A stretch of 63,863 nt of DNA, the filler included, from Atractiella rhizophila (Eukaryota), in NCBI GenBank assembly GCA_021432655.1. It is 3 parts of 2 records of this genome, joined end to end, with 100 filler letters (N's around TTAATTAATTAA, not from the genome) between each part and the next. Parts side by side here need not be neighbours in the genome. Positions count along the whole stretch, not along the records: positions 1 to 31,218 come from MU271342.1; 2 more parts are not named here. The stretch is one strand, 5' to 3'. A model generated the notes under the pieces. The model saw only the letters and a program-made list of their open reading frames with translations, ran no database searches and was not told the DNA's origin. Made by a program: the position numbers and the translations under genes. Below, piece after piece: positions 13,068 to 26,184 of the stretch; within the stretch, counting starts at the first letter, position 1, and each line of letters opens with the position of its first letter.

Positions 13068-14600
13068 AGATCGATCGCCTCGTTCTCTCAGTGCTTTCTT
13101 TCCTATTACAAAGCCGAAAGCTTCTCCAAATTACTCCACACTTATCGTGACGTATTAGAGCCTTCAGATCTTCAGCCCGTGTCAGCCTGCAGCAGACCAT
13201 GTTCATCTTGATCTCCGCCCAAGCTCAGCCCACCATCGTTCTATTCCTGGACAGCGCGAGAGAAACTTGGAAGTAGCTACCAAGTTAAAATGGCACAAAC
13301 GTGCCAACAGAAGGCGTCATTGGTTGATCACTGCCTGGTTGTGTCGTCTAAACAACCCTTCTAACCCGGGGAGGCTGCACGAAAGAAAGAGTTGAAAGAA
13401 GGAAGGAGGTCCGAAAACTGGATTCGCAAGTGTCGTTGAGAAAAGCTTTTGAAGTATCCTTGAGTCCTCAGCTTGTGAAGCTGAACGATATATTACGGAA
13501 CTAGGTGAATACCAACGCTATCTCGATGTTACAACAAGAAGGAAGCTTTGTGTTTCGCGTCTTTGCAGCAAGATCTTGGGAGCCCAACTTCCTTCACCCA
13601 AGCTTGCCATGCAAGTTGAAGGAAGGAGCTCTCAAGGAAACGCATCCAAAGGTATGAACAAAGGTCTTTGGACGATAATTCTGATTATGTCGTACCAACC
13701 TGTAACAACTTGACCATGCTTGCGATCAACCGACTCAACACAAACACGATGAATCGATTCGCTTCATTCGATAGTGAAAAGGTGGCGGTTACGTGCTTCT
13801 GATAATAGTCTCATAACTTCTTTTCTTGGGTAAGATCGATCGCCTCGTTCTCTCAGTGCTTTCTCTCCTATTACAAAGCCGAAAGCTTCTCCAAATTACT
13901 CCACACTTATCATGACGTATTAGAGCCTTCAGATCTTCAGCCCGTGTCAGCCTGCAGCAGACCATGTTCATCTTGATCTCCGCCCAAGCTCAGCCCCCCA
14001 TCGTTCTATTCCTGGACAGTGCGAGAGGTACTTGGAAGTAGCTACCAAGTTAAAATGGCACAAACGTGCCAACAGAAGGCGTCATTGGTTGATCACTGCC
14101 TGGTTGTGTCGTCTAAACATCCCCTTCTGACCCGCGGAGGCTGCATGAAAGGAAGAGTTGAAAGAAGGAAGGAGGTCCGAAAACTGGATTCGCAAGTGTC
14201 ATTGAGAAAAGCTTTTGAAGTATCCTCGAGTCGTCAGCTTGTGAAGCTGAACGATATATTACGGAACTAGGCGAATACCAACGCTATCTCGATGTTACAA
14301 CAAGAAGGAAGCTTTGTGTTTCGCGTCTCTGCAGCAAGATCTTGGGAGCCCAACTTCCTTCACCCAAGCTTGCCATGCAAGTTTGAGGAAGGAGCTCTCA
14401 AGGAAACGCATACAAAGGATGAACAAAGGTCTTTGGACGATAATTCTGCTTATGCCGTACCAACCTGTAACAACTTGACCATGCTTGCGATCAACCGACT
14501 CAGCACAAACACGATGAATCGATTCGCTTCATTCGATAGTGAAAAGGTGGCGGTTACGTGCTTCTGATAATAGTCTCATAACTTCTTTTCTTGGGTAAGA
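13068..14600. repeat. Direct tandem duplication, about 765-bp unit (13068-13832; 13833-14600)
   Basis: Both units begin AGATCGATCGCCTCGTTCTCTCAGTGC and end ACTTCTTTTCTTGGGTA(AGA); scattered substitutions and small indels between them. Confidence 0.95.
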
Positions 14601-15504
14601 GAAAAGGTGGACAAAAGAATGCTGAGGATAAATATCCACACTAGAATACAACCAGTGTTGAAATCCTCAAGGCGTGGAGCGTTTGCCCAATCGCATCCAT
14701 AAATTATCTTTTCTTTCCTCGTGTTCTTTGGAATAAAGATCACGACGGAAAGTCGAAAGATGTTCGTTGGTCATTAGTTCAAACAATATCAGCGCGAGAT
14801 GTTCGTGTCTCGCAGGTTCAGTCTTATAAGTTGCTTCCCAGTCTCAGAGGGTAGCAACTGGACTAACTGTCCCATGAGGCATGAGGACAAAGATCCCGAG
14901 TTGCTTCTAAAGAATCTAAGAAACATGCTAAAGCTTCGGTAATATAATTCCTTCATGAGCAGCTTCAGTATTAGATAGCAATCCAACTTAGCCCACAGCA
15001 AACCGAGACAAAGTTCAGCAAGAAGAGGAAGCGATGCCGGTCGCTCATCTTGTCATTATCACTATCATGAAAAGGCATCCACATCATAGATGAATACACA
15101 GACAATATTTTCCATAAAAGTAAGGGCGAGACGCGTATCCGAAAGATAACTGATGAATTTATGGCCCTCTAGTGAGAAATAACAAAGCGCGTCGCTTCGC
15201 TCTTACTTGATTTCGTAGACCTATAACACAATACGTAGACATAGCTCAGAGACGGACGCACGTAAGATCTATCCATTCCCAGCCCTTAAACCATACCCAC
15301 TGATTTCGCAAAATTTCTCGCACAGGAATCGTCGCTGGTTTAGTCTCCGCCTAATCTGTGGAGCATTTTCGCTAAGGAGGAGCACTACGATTCCGCCCGG
15401 CCCCCCTCAGGAGCAGCAAAGCATCTTGGACAAGCAGTTAGACGACCATCTTTTCAAGTTCCGAGCTCTCTTACCTTATACATTCAGCGAGTAACCATCA
15501 CACC

Positions 15505-17359
15505 ATGCTTCCACTCCTTCTCCTACTTCCCTCATTAATACACGCACAACAGCTGTGCAATCTCTACAGCGACTACGTTAGCTTTTCCTCACCAACAGCT
15601 AAGCTAAAGCTCAAGTTGACCTGATCTTGCAATATGTAGTGCTCTCGTTCTTACTCGAATGTGACCCATATTGGAGCACATGACTCCTTCGCCGTCCATG
15701 CTGGCTCAGTAGCTGCTAATCAGTTGTATGATGTCTCGACGCAGCTCGACAATGGCATCAGGATGTTGCAGGGACAAGGACATTGGAGTAATAAGTGAGC
15801 GTCTTCTTTTATATTCTGCTTTAAGGAAGGCGAGGAGAGAAGGGAGAAAACGAGTCGAGTGTTGGTGTGTTTGGGGTTGTCGGACCTCTTTCATGTGTTG
15901 CTGCATTGACATGGGACATTGCAGCGAGGTAGTCAGACATGAGAGTTCAACTACCCGAGCTGAGAGACATTTGAAGTTTCCATGGTTGAAGAACCTTTCT
16001 TAACGTATCATGCCAGTCTGTGTTAGCAGATCAACGGAGAAGTATGGCAGAGCTGCAAGGAGCATGGAATCTCGAACGGGAGAGAAGTCTCGTAGTTCCC
16101 ATAGCTCTACATATACATATTACAATAGGGAGATGGCAAACAAAGTCCTCATTGCGTGTGTTGACGCCAAGCTCGGTAACAAACCGACATATCACTCTTC
16201 AACACAAAGCCTCCCGCTGCAACCAAGCTAACTACGCTGTAATGGAACAGTGAACTCCGACTCTGTCACACATCCTGCGGTCTCCTCGACGGTGGAACAC
16301 TCGAAGACTACCTGACCAAAGTCAAGACCTGGCTGGATGCGAACCCCAACGAGGTAGTCTCTCTCCTCTGGGTCAATTCTGATGATCGGCCCTGTACCGG
16401 TCCGTCGTCCTCCTTTCCTCCAATTCCAATCCTTGACTGAAAGCGCCTCTGTACGATTGGTAGATTGGCGCACAGCGTACCAAAACACAGGGCTGATCAA
16501 CCTCTCTTACGTCCCCGCTTCCACTCCGATCGCCAAAAAGGATTGGCCGACGCTTGCAGAGATGATCTCGTCGGGTAAGAGGGTGGTGTCTTATTTGGAC
16601 AATTCGGCAGATTATAGCTCTTGCCCGGAGCTTTTGGATGAGTTCTCGACCATGTGGGAAACTCCTTTCAATGTCAGTCGTTTCACTGGGATGGTGGTGT
16701 GGTAGAGAATCGGCGCGGTGAACTGATGCAGAAAGTGTAGGAAGTCGACGCTTCGTTCCCATGCACAAAAAACAGGACGAACAAAGCTATCGATCCCTCT
16801 ATGGTGCGTCTCATCTCTCTCCATCCTCCTTCATCTTTACTCAGCATCTAACCGATTGGGCTAGTATTTGATGAACCACTACCTCGACACCACCTTCTCC
16901 CTCTCCCTCGGTACCACTCCGACCCAAGTCTACATTCCAGCCACCGACCAACTCAACAAGACCAACGCCGCCACCGGCGTCCAGAGTATTGGAGAACAGG
17001 TCGATGCCTGTGTCAAAGAGTGGGGAGCTCCGCCTACCTTTGTGCTCGTCGACTTCTACCACGTCGTCAACGGCAGCGTCTTCCGTGCGTCATCTCTCAC
17101 TCTCCCTACATGCTTTCATCTCATACTGACCATCGATCATGCGGTGCGTACAATAGAGGCGGCGGCAAACATCAATGGCGTTTCTTACGTCGCTAGGCAG
17201 GTCGGGAACGGCACCGAGAGCTCAAGCACTAGCACCAGTGGAGGTAGCGGAAGTAGCGGTGGAAGTTCGAACGACAACAGTGCGGCAGCTGGAAGGCGAA
17301 CCGTTGGTTTCGCTGCGTTGATGGGGTTGTTGGGCATCGGACTCGGCGCGCTTGTCTGA
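15505..17359 (+). CDS. Secreted, probably GPI-anchored PLC-like phosphodiesterase (PI-PLC X-box fold)
   Basis: Signal peptide MLPLLLLLP; motifs IGAHDSF, QLDNGIRMLQGQGH, LCHTSCGLLDGG, WLDANPNEVV, MWETPF, LMNHYLD, PTFVLVDFY; S/G-rich linker and hydrophobic C-terminus. Confidence 0.9.
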
Positions 17360-18252
17360 TCATATTTCCCCTTTTTTATGGCCATTTGCCAGTCAGTTCA
17401 GTATAGTTATGGACGGACCACTGTGTGGACGGTTTCTTGATGTCTCCTTCCCTTACACATTCCGTTCTTGGTCGTCTATTTGTACTCTCCCTGTGGAGAC
17501 GAATCTCATTCGCTCGAATTGACACTCTTTCACTTCCTCAAGCTAATATTACTAGTCCTCTTCAATGTCCAGTTGAAAGTGAAACCTTGTCCTGTTCATC
17601 TTGCCTGTTGGAGAACTGCCATTCCTATCCACCTTCTGACACTGAGGTTCCCAGGTGATGGAGAATTGTAGACAACAATACCTTCCAAACTACTACGAAC
17701 CATCAAAAACCATCGCTAGGAAGTCTCGCAAGACGTAAATTCAAATCAATCGAAAAAAGTCAACTCAATCAATCAAAAGAAGTTTATGAGTAGCTGTAAT
17801 GAGGACCAAAGAAATCGCAAATTCCCAATTCTCAAATGGAATGGGATGGGATGTGATGGGACGGGATGTGCCAGAGGATAACCAAAGAACAGAAATTGAA
17901 ATGAAACATGGTCCTCCTCTTTGGAGGGAGGCGAGTGGGTCGCAACCGAGGGAACGGAGGGAGGGAGAGCGAGCGGAAGGTATCCCATCTTCTTAAGGTG
18001 ACAAGCTCCACTGAAGATGGGGAACGAAATGGAGGGCATAGATAACATAAGAAGAATAGAGGAGATCAACCCAAGGAAGACGATGTCGATGTGTGGGAGA
18101 GGATTGAATGTGAGACTTTGAGGAGAGCTAGAATCTTCTTGTGGTTTTGAAACGGTGAGTAGGAAGGGCGAAAGTTTGAGGTTAGACCTTAAAATGTGAG
18201 AGAAGATTAAGAGGCTGAGCTACACGTTCGAACTTTTGTTTCCCGCCGAACA

Positions 18253-19507
18253 TTACGCCCAGATCTACCAACCGAGATATCAACATCGCCCTATCACAGG
18301 AAACGAAAGAGATGACGAACCTTAAGTACGCTATCCCAACTTCCCGTACAAAGTGCCATTCCATCCGCCGACACGCCCAAGCACGACACCCTATTCTCAT
18401 GACCGGCCAGAACACCGACACGTTCACCCTTCAAGGTATCCCACACATTACAATTGAAGTCATCATAACCAGCAAAGAGGATCCTTCCAGAAGCCGAGAA
18501 GGCAACCGAGGTGATACCACAGAGCACATTATCGTGGGTGTACTGGTTAAGTTCCCGATCTGCTCGGAGGTCGAAGAGGCGACAAGAGGCGTCGTCTGAG
18601 CCGGTGGCGAAGGCGTCGCCAGATGGGAAGAATTGGACGGCGTTGATGTCGCTCTCGTGGCCGACGAAAGTCTGGACCGCCTTGCCCGTACGGATGTCCC
18701 AGACTTTGGCGGTGGCGTCACAGGCACCAGAGACGAAGATGTTTTGGTTCGTTCCTAGCGACAACCTATCCATTCATGCATCCACCGTTAGAACAATCCA
18801 AGCTCTCCCGGCCCTGTGGAGATGGAAGAAAGGAGGACGTACGACATCACATCGCCTGTGTGGTCGTTGAACTCCATAATCCTCACTCCAGCATCCACAT
18901 CCCACATCATACAGGTCATATCACCAGAACTAGTGAGAATCTGACGGTCGTTGAGGAATCGACAGCAGCTGAGATAACCGGTATGTGCGGACAATTCCCT
19001 CGCAACCTTGACGGTTCCGCCTCCAGCGGCACCTTCCCTTCCTCTGAGGTTGTAGACGGAACAAATGTTGTCCAATCCACCACAAGCGACGAAATTTCCG
19101 CTCGGAGAGTAAGCGCAGGTCATGACCCAAGAAGAGCGTAAGGGGATAGCATGGACTTTATTAGTAGTGTAGGCATCCCAAACGATGAGTTTTCCGTCCT
19201 GGGAGGCAGAGACCAAATGACGCTTATCCGTCGACCAATGCATGGCGTAAATCTTGGCCAGATGACCGCGAAGGGTACGACGAGGACGCATCATGATTCG
19301 TGGCAACCCATCGATCTCGTTCGCCATTGCCCTCACTGTCCCACCCCTGTCATCAACTCCCCATCCCTACCTAAAGCGAAAGGAAGGAAGGGACGAACGA
19401 GATGTGTCAGCCAATTGGTCCCGCTTCGCACGGATCTTCTCTTTCAGCGTCTCCGCCTCTCGACGGGCGGCCGCGATTTTCTCTTGGATGTCGGTTTGGG
19501 AGGACAT
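18253..19507 (-). CDS. GPB1: Heterotrimeric G-protein beta subunit (WD40)
   Basis: Coiled-coil N-terminus ([15 protein letters not shown]), then [56 protein letters not shown]; three introns. Confidence 0.98.
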
Positions 19508-20225
19508 GGTGGGATACTCTGTGTTGGAAAATCTGTTGAGATGTTCGTGGTCAGTTTAGTTCGTGGATGAAATGAGTACGTGTGGCGTAGGAAAGAAGCG
19601 CGAGTGAATGAATGAGCTTTTGGCAGCAGGACAGCGGAAGATGGTGGGTGGTGTAACGAACAAGGCGCCTTGTTCTGTTCTCTCAGAAAGAGAAAACATA
19701 TGATCACCTATTCATCATCTCTTCCCTGCTGTTAGAAGGAGAATTGATCTCTTCCTTGTTGACTGACAGATTGACAGATGACAGAGAAGAGGAAATAGAC
19801 ACAAAGGACGGACACGTTTGAGAGGTCGGTAGGGAAAGATGGTTCGGAATGTGCAAATACCGCCCACTTTCCACTTGTCCTGAAAAGAGAAGATTTCAGG
19901 AACCCAGTTGAGGAAAAGATTGACAAGTGAGTGGAGCGAAGGAGATCTAGAATGCTTAAGCGGCGGTGGATAAGCGGGAGAAATGCAACTGGAAGGAGGG
20001 ACCTTTTGTCCCTTCTCCGCCCAGCTTCCACTGCATCGCGCCATCCCTTCTCCCATCAAGTGTTCTCCCATCAATCCTTCTACCATTCAACCTTCCAGAG
20101 GGAATAACTCCTTCCGATAATTGACACACAACCCCACACCCCAGGTCTATATCGGTCGAAGGGACACTAACCTGTTATTCTGCCTCTGCTACACTAGAAA
20201 CGCTCCTGAGATTACCTGATTACCT

Positions 20226-22641
20226 GTCCTGACCCAAACGAAGAGTAGGCTGGCGAGTGAGTTTGAGTGGGAAAGAAAGAAACGAAGGTGTAACTCCTGG
20301 TCAGAAACAAGGTTCCGGAAGAAGGCTGAGCACGAGGTGTGATTTCCTTTATGAGCTTTCTTCTTCCGAGGTCTTTCCAACTTTATATCCTGTTTGTCTC
20401 ACTATTTGCTCTTATTTTATTATTCTGTGTGTTGAATCAGCTACGTAGTAATGTTATTGCTTATCTCACTTGGTGTCATTCGTGTTGGTAATAAGTCGCT
20501 GGAACTGATTAAGCAGCTCTTTCATTTTGCACAGGAGATAAATACGTGGCTACAGTCCAGACTCTGCGTCTCACTTCCTTCTAGTACTTACTTGCCATCT
20601 CGACTGCGCGAGAATTCAAGTGGCTTACAGAACCGAGTGTAGTTGTTCACGTCCCGAATAGTTTGCTTCAACTAACTGTTGTGGTGAGCTTGATCGCAAC
20701 GCTTGCACAAGGTATTCTCCTAGAGTAGGTTGGTCGAGAAGACTAGCTACATCTTTACTGGCAGATTCTTTCGTTTGTTCTGTATGATTTCACGAGTCCA
20801 ATTCCATGAATATCATTGTGAATTCGATCACTGCTCTATACCAAGCGCCCACAGTCCTCATCCCAATCGCAACGCCCCTACTTCAGACTTGATAAAAGTG
20901 GAATTCTACCCTTCAACGCATCTGCCACCATCCACCGTATCAAAGTTTCAGCTCGAATGTAGGAAGAACCAAGAGGAGCGCAATTGCAGCACCGTAGCTT
21001 GAACTTGATTTCATATGAATAACTCCTTAGCACATTTACATTTGAGATTCGGGCTTTTCGCAGACGTCTTCTTTCCAATAGCGGCAGGCTACCTTTGAAA
21101 TCAATGACATATTGGTGTTCCCTTTCGCAGATTTCTTGTTTCGAAGTAATGCCGGGAACTTCACACTTTTGGTTGGCACAAACACGCTTCTCCGTCTGTT
21201 TTACTCCTTTTACTTGCGAGGAACACGATCCATAAACATTCTTCTATCTCGAAAACAGACAGAGGTCAAGGATTCAAGATTCCCTAGCCTTTCTTTCTAG
21301 CGACACTCATGCCTGAGCATATCAGTCTTCTCTCCACAACTCAACTAAGCGCGTCCAACTCGAACCAAACTTTAGTAAATCAAGTTCACCCCGACATCGT
21401 CTGCGTCAAACCAAACTCGCCGCCTCCTTTGCCGCGAAAGTCCTGACCCAAACGAAGAGTAGGCTGGCGAGTGAGTTTGAGTGGGAAAGAAAGAAACGAA
21501 GGTGTAACTCCTGGTCAGAAACAAGGTTCCGGAAGAAGGCTGAGCACGAGGTGTGATTTCCTTTATGAGCTTTCTTCTTCCGAGGTCTTTCCAACTTTAT
21601 ATCCTGTTTGTCTCACTATTTGCTCTTATTTTATTATTCTGTGTGTTGAATCAGCTACGTAGTAATGTTACTGCTTATCTCACTTGGTGTCATTCGTGTT
21701 GGTAATAAGTCGCTGGAACTGATTAGGCAGCTCTTTCATTTTGCATAGGAGATAAATACGTGGCTACCGTCCAGACTCTGCGTCTCACTTCCTTCTAGTA
21801 CTTACTTGCCATCTCGACTGCGCGAGAATTCAAGTGGCTTACAGAACCGAGTGTAGTTGTTCACTTCCCGAATAGTTTGCTTCAACTAACTGTTGTGGTG
21901 AGCTTGATCGTAACGCTTGCACAAGTATTCTCCTAGAGTTGGTTGCTCGAGAAGACTAGCTACATCTTTACTGGCAGATTCTTTCGTTTGTTCTGTATAA
22001 TTTCACGAGTCCAATTCCATGAATATCATTGTGAATTCGATCACTGCTCTATACCTAGCGCCCATACCTCTCATCCCAATACTTCAGATTTGATAAAGGT
22101 GGAATTCTACCCTTCAACGCGTCTACCACCATCCACCATATTTAAGTTTCAGCTCGAATCTAGGAAGAACCAAGAGGAGCGCAATTGCAGCATCCTTTCT
22201 TGAACTTGTTTGACATTAACAACTCCTCAGCACATTTACAGCTGGGATTGGCGCTTTTCGCAGACGTCTTCTTTCCAATAGCGGCAGGCTACCCTGAAAT
22301 CAATGACATATTGGTGTTCTCTCCCGCAGAGTTCTTGTTTGAAAGTATTGACGGGCACTTCACCCATATGGTTGGCACACAAACACGCTTTCCGTCTGCT
22401 TTACTCCTTTTACTTGCGAGGAACACGATCCATAAACATTCTTCTTCTATCTCGAAAACAGACAGAGGTCAAGGATTCAAGATTCCCTAGCCTTTCTTTA
22501 TAGCGACACTCATGCCTGAGCATATCAGTCTTCTCTCCACAACTCTACTAAGCGCGTCCAACTCGAACCAAACTTTAGTAAATCAAGTTCACCCCGACAT
22601 CGTCTGCGTCAAACCAAACTCGCCGCCTCCTTTGCCGCGAA
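20226..22641. repeat. Direct tandem duplication, about 1.2-kb unit (20226-21439; 21440-22641), apparently non-coding
   Basis: Both units start GTCCTGACCCAAACGAAGAGTAGG and end CAAACTCGCCGCCTCCTTTGCCGCGAA; the ORF track shows duplicated identical peptides. Confidence 0.95.
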
Positions 22642-23451
22642 GAGGAGAGAAAAGGGGCGGGCAAGGTGGAAGAATCGAGGCTAAATTCTCCGCCTGTCCG
22701 GCGTGCCCAGTTCTGGATTTGGCCAACAGCATTGTGCGGACATTGTCAAGTTCCATTTCAGCCTCAGCGCTCAGTTCGCCCAGCTGCCTTTCCTCCGTGC
22801 TCCGTGCCGTGCAACATGCAATGCATAATGTGAAAGCATAAAAGGGCAGGAGGGACGTCCCACCCCGACCGAAATTGAACCTCCAATACCACTTCGATCG
22901 ACTTGGAAGATTGTACGAGTTCTCTTTCCCTTTCTTCCTTATCATAAAGGTTGTGCTGATGACTTCGATGCAGGAAAGATTAATTGGACAGTTTTCAAAG
23001 TCGACGCACATATGGTCCCTTCCATCCTCTCCATCGCGTCCCTGGAGCCTCCAGCTCCGCCTCCGCCTCCGCCTCCTCCATCTTCCACACAGGACGGCCC
23101 AATGATGATTTATTGAGTTTCGCTCTCAACACGCTGAAAAGTGTGTACTTGTGCTACGTCGATTGAGAGGGACTCATATATACCAACAGGCAAGAATTCG
23201 GAAACCCGATACAACCGGGATAGTGCACAGGACATCCATAAATGAAAACGAGTCAATGACCTTGAAGTGAAGTTGACCCAATTCTGTACCCAAACAAGCA
23301 ACTTGAAACTGTCCAATTGTCCCAATCGTCGTTTGAGCGGATCCGAAACCTTAAGCCCGGGAGTATAAATGCGCAGCTGCACTGACGCAGCCTATCAGAC
23401 GACCAGCTCCTATCTTGTTTGATTGTCTACCCAACGAATCCCAACGACACA

Positions 23452-25360
23452 ATGCTGCCCCTTCTCCTCCTCCCCGCGCTCGCCGCGTCATCGCCCCTGC
23501 GTTCGACGCCCTCAACCTCAAGCGGCAAACTCGCCCCGCTCTATGTCCCTCCCCCGCCGTCCGTTGGGGGCTTCTCGCACGGCGAAATCGCGCTGTTTGC
23601 CAATGCGCACTCGAACTCGACGTCTCATTTGGTCCCCAATGGGTACATTGTCAAGTTGGCAAAGGGCGCTTGTCCCCATAAACATAGGCAGTTGTTGGGG
23701 ATGATTAGGGCGGAAGAGAAGAATTGGATGGGCCATCTCGCTTCTCAGGGAGTGCTTTCTTTCGAGAATGAGTTGGAGGGTCTGGAGAAGGTTGTTAATG
23801 TGGGAAAGAAGTGGGTGGGATTGACGGGAAAGTGGTCCGATAGGGAATTGGAGAAGATTCGCGCGCTTGAGGGTGTGGAGTATGTCGAGAGGGACTCCAT
23901 CGTCGTCACGAGGGAGGTGGATAGTGACCTCGACGACAAGTATAAGAGGGACCAACAGAAGTTCGCTACTTGGGTATGTGTCCTTACAACTTCATAAACG
24001 ACATGCCTGACTCGAACCATTTGGAATACGTAGGGTCTTCACCGAATTTCGCACCGTGCCAAAATTGGCTTCCAGACCTTCATCTACGGCTTCTTCTCCA
24101 CCCCGACCCGAGTGGAGTGAACGCCTACATCATCGACACCGGAGTCAACATTGACCACGTCGAGCTCGAAGGAAGGGCGGAATGGGGAAAGACTATGCCT
24201 AAGAACGACGTAGACCAGGATGCGAACGGACACGGATCTCATGTCGCTGTATGTTTCTTTCCATTTCCCTCCTTGCGAAGAGAATTATTGAGTTGAGATG
24301 TGTGGGTGGTAGGGAACTGTCGCTTCGAACAGGTACGGTGTCGCCAAATCTGCTCATATCATCGCTGTCAAGGTCCTTGGATCGAATGGACAAGGAACTA
24401 TGTCCGACGTCATTGGAGGCGTTGAGTGGGCTGTGAATGATATGGAGACCCGAAAGAGCAAGAAAGGATACAAGGGTTCGTTCTTTTCTCCTCTCCACCA
24501 AAGGAAGAGACGTGATACGCTTGTAAACAGGAAGCGTAGCCAATATGTCTCTTGGTGGCGGAAAATCCCAAGCTCTGGATGACGTTGTCGACGCTGCCGT
24601 TGGGGAAGGCATGCACTTTGCCGTCGCCGGTTCGTCTATCCTCTTTTCCTCTTATCCCTTGTTGACACCTTTGATTTGCACAGCCGGAAACGACAACCGC
24701 GATGCTTGCGGTTACTCTCCCGCCGCTGCTAAAGAAGCCATCACCGTCGGCGCCTCGACCTCCAAAGACGAAATCGCCTACTTCTCCAACCACGGAAAAT
24801 GCGTCGACGTCTTCGCTCCGGGCTTGAACATTCTTTCTATCTGGAACACCGGTAACAGGAGCATCAACACCATCTCTGGAACCTCCGTGCGTCCACTTTC
24901 TCTTTCCATTTCAGACATATGTTAAATATGGATCGTGTTATAGATGGCCTCACCCCACGTCGCCGGTCTCGTCGCTTACTTCCTCTCCGTCTACCCCGAG
25001 AAGTTCTCTCCCTCCGCTGAAGATTTCGAGGACTCGGTCTACGATGCCATCCTCCATCCTTCGTTTGGAAGCCCCTTCCAATGGGCCAAGGACTTTGTCC
25101 TCTCCCTCTTCGGTCCTCACCTCAACATTCTTGTTGGTCGGGAAGAGAAGTTGGCGCCAGTACCCATCAAGGAACTTAGCCCTAAGGTCTTGAAGAACGT
25201 CCTCCTTAAGTTGAGCACCAAAGATGCGCTCTCTGGGTTACCCGCTAACACGCCTAATCTGTTGATCTACAACAACGTGCGTTCTAAGTTCTCCCTTGGT
25301 GTATCCAAACTAACTGTTTGTTTGTGGTGACGTGGACAGTTCACTTTTGCTTCGGCTTAG
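23452..25360 (+). CDS. Subtilisin-like serine protease (S8, proteinase K/cerevisin type) with I9 propeptide; apparent frameshift near 24090
   Basis: Signal peptide; I9 motifs YIVKL and VEYVERDS; catalytic triad [26 protein letters not shown]; oxyanion-hole segment AGND. Confidence 0.93.
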
Positions 25361-26184
25361 GAGAGTTCTATATAGCAACAAGATGAATCCGTGCATCTTC
25401 AGTCCGTTTTTACCCCCTGACTGTAACATCACCATCCATTCTATATTTCCCCTCATCGATTCGATCGACTCACATTCATCACCTCATCTATATATCGACG
25501 ATTAGTCACGATCTTTCACCTCATTCTCATATTCCTTGATAGCTTTCTTGAGATCGGTGCCAGTGTATAGTGGAGGTGCAATGCATGCGCCTTTTCATAT
25601 TTTATTATGGTGTGAGGCCCACGATGGAATGGACGCTGGTACTGATCGAAGGTGGTCCAGCTATCACCAATCATTTCATCCACATTCGTATATCTTTGAG
25701 CATTAAGGGGCGGAAGAGATGTGGAAAGAAACACTCGCTACCCACTCTAAGACCTTTCCTAACTCCCGCTTGACTTTGACGAAGGAGTTCTGCGACGGCT
25801 AGACAGGTGCCATGCCACATTCGTTTCGAAAGAGGCAGGTTCTAATGATTGCGAGGGGAAGGAAGGTGTACGCGAGAAGCAACGTGTGCTATGTACTTCG
25901 CCGAGGAGTATCATACGACGGTACCTTTGCCCTCCAAGCCTTCGAGCAGGTTCTAGACAATGTTCCACTTGGTTGGTTGAAGCATTCATTCAAAGTTGAA
26001 CTTAGTGAACGAGGAAGTTGCCAAGCTACAGTAAATATGTGTAAATACACAACAACTCGAGCTGCTTGTCATATCAATCGTGAGAAGTTTAGACGATTTG
26101 TGAGTACTTTGTTTCTGGTCAGGACCTGCATAGCTGACTGGATGGACATCAAGCGACAGAGCATCAATAGTTCGAACACAGGCA

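Noticed and set aside
17820..17870. GGATG repeats, and (CTCCGC)n at about 23055-23080
   Set aside because: Short simple repeats in UTR or intergenic DNA; not CRISPR-like or telomeric.
20730..22203. Duplicated short ORFs ending ERNCSTVA* and ERNCSILS* as lipopeptide pheromone precursors near G-beta
   Set aside because: The Cys is five residues from the end, so not CaaX; no repeated mature peptide; no STE3-like receptor nearby.
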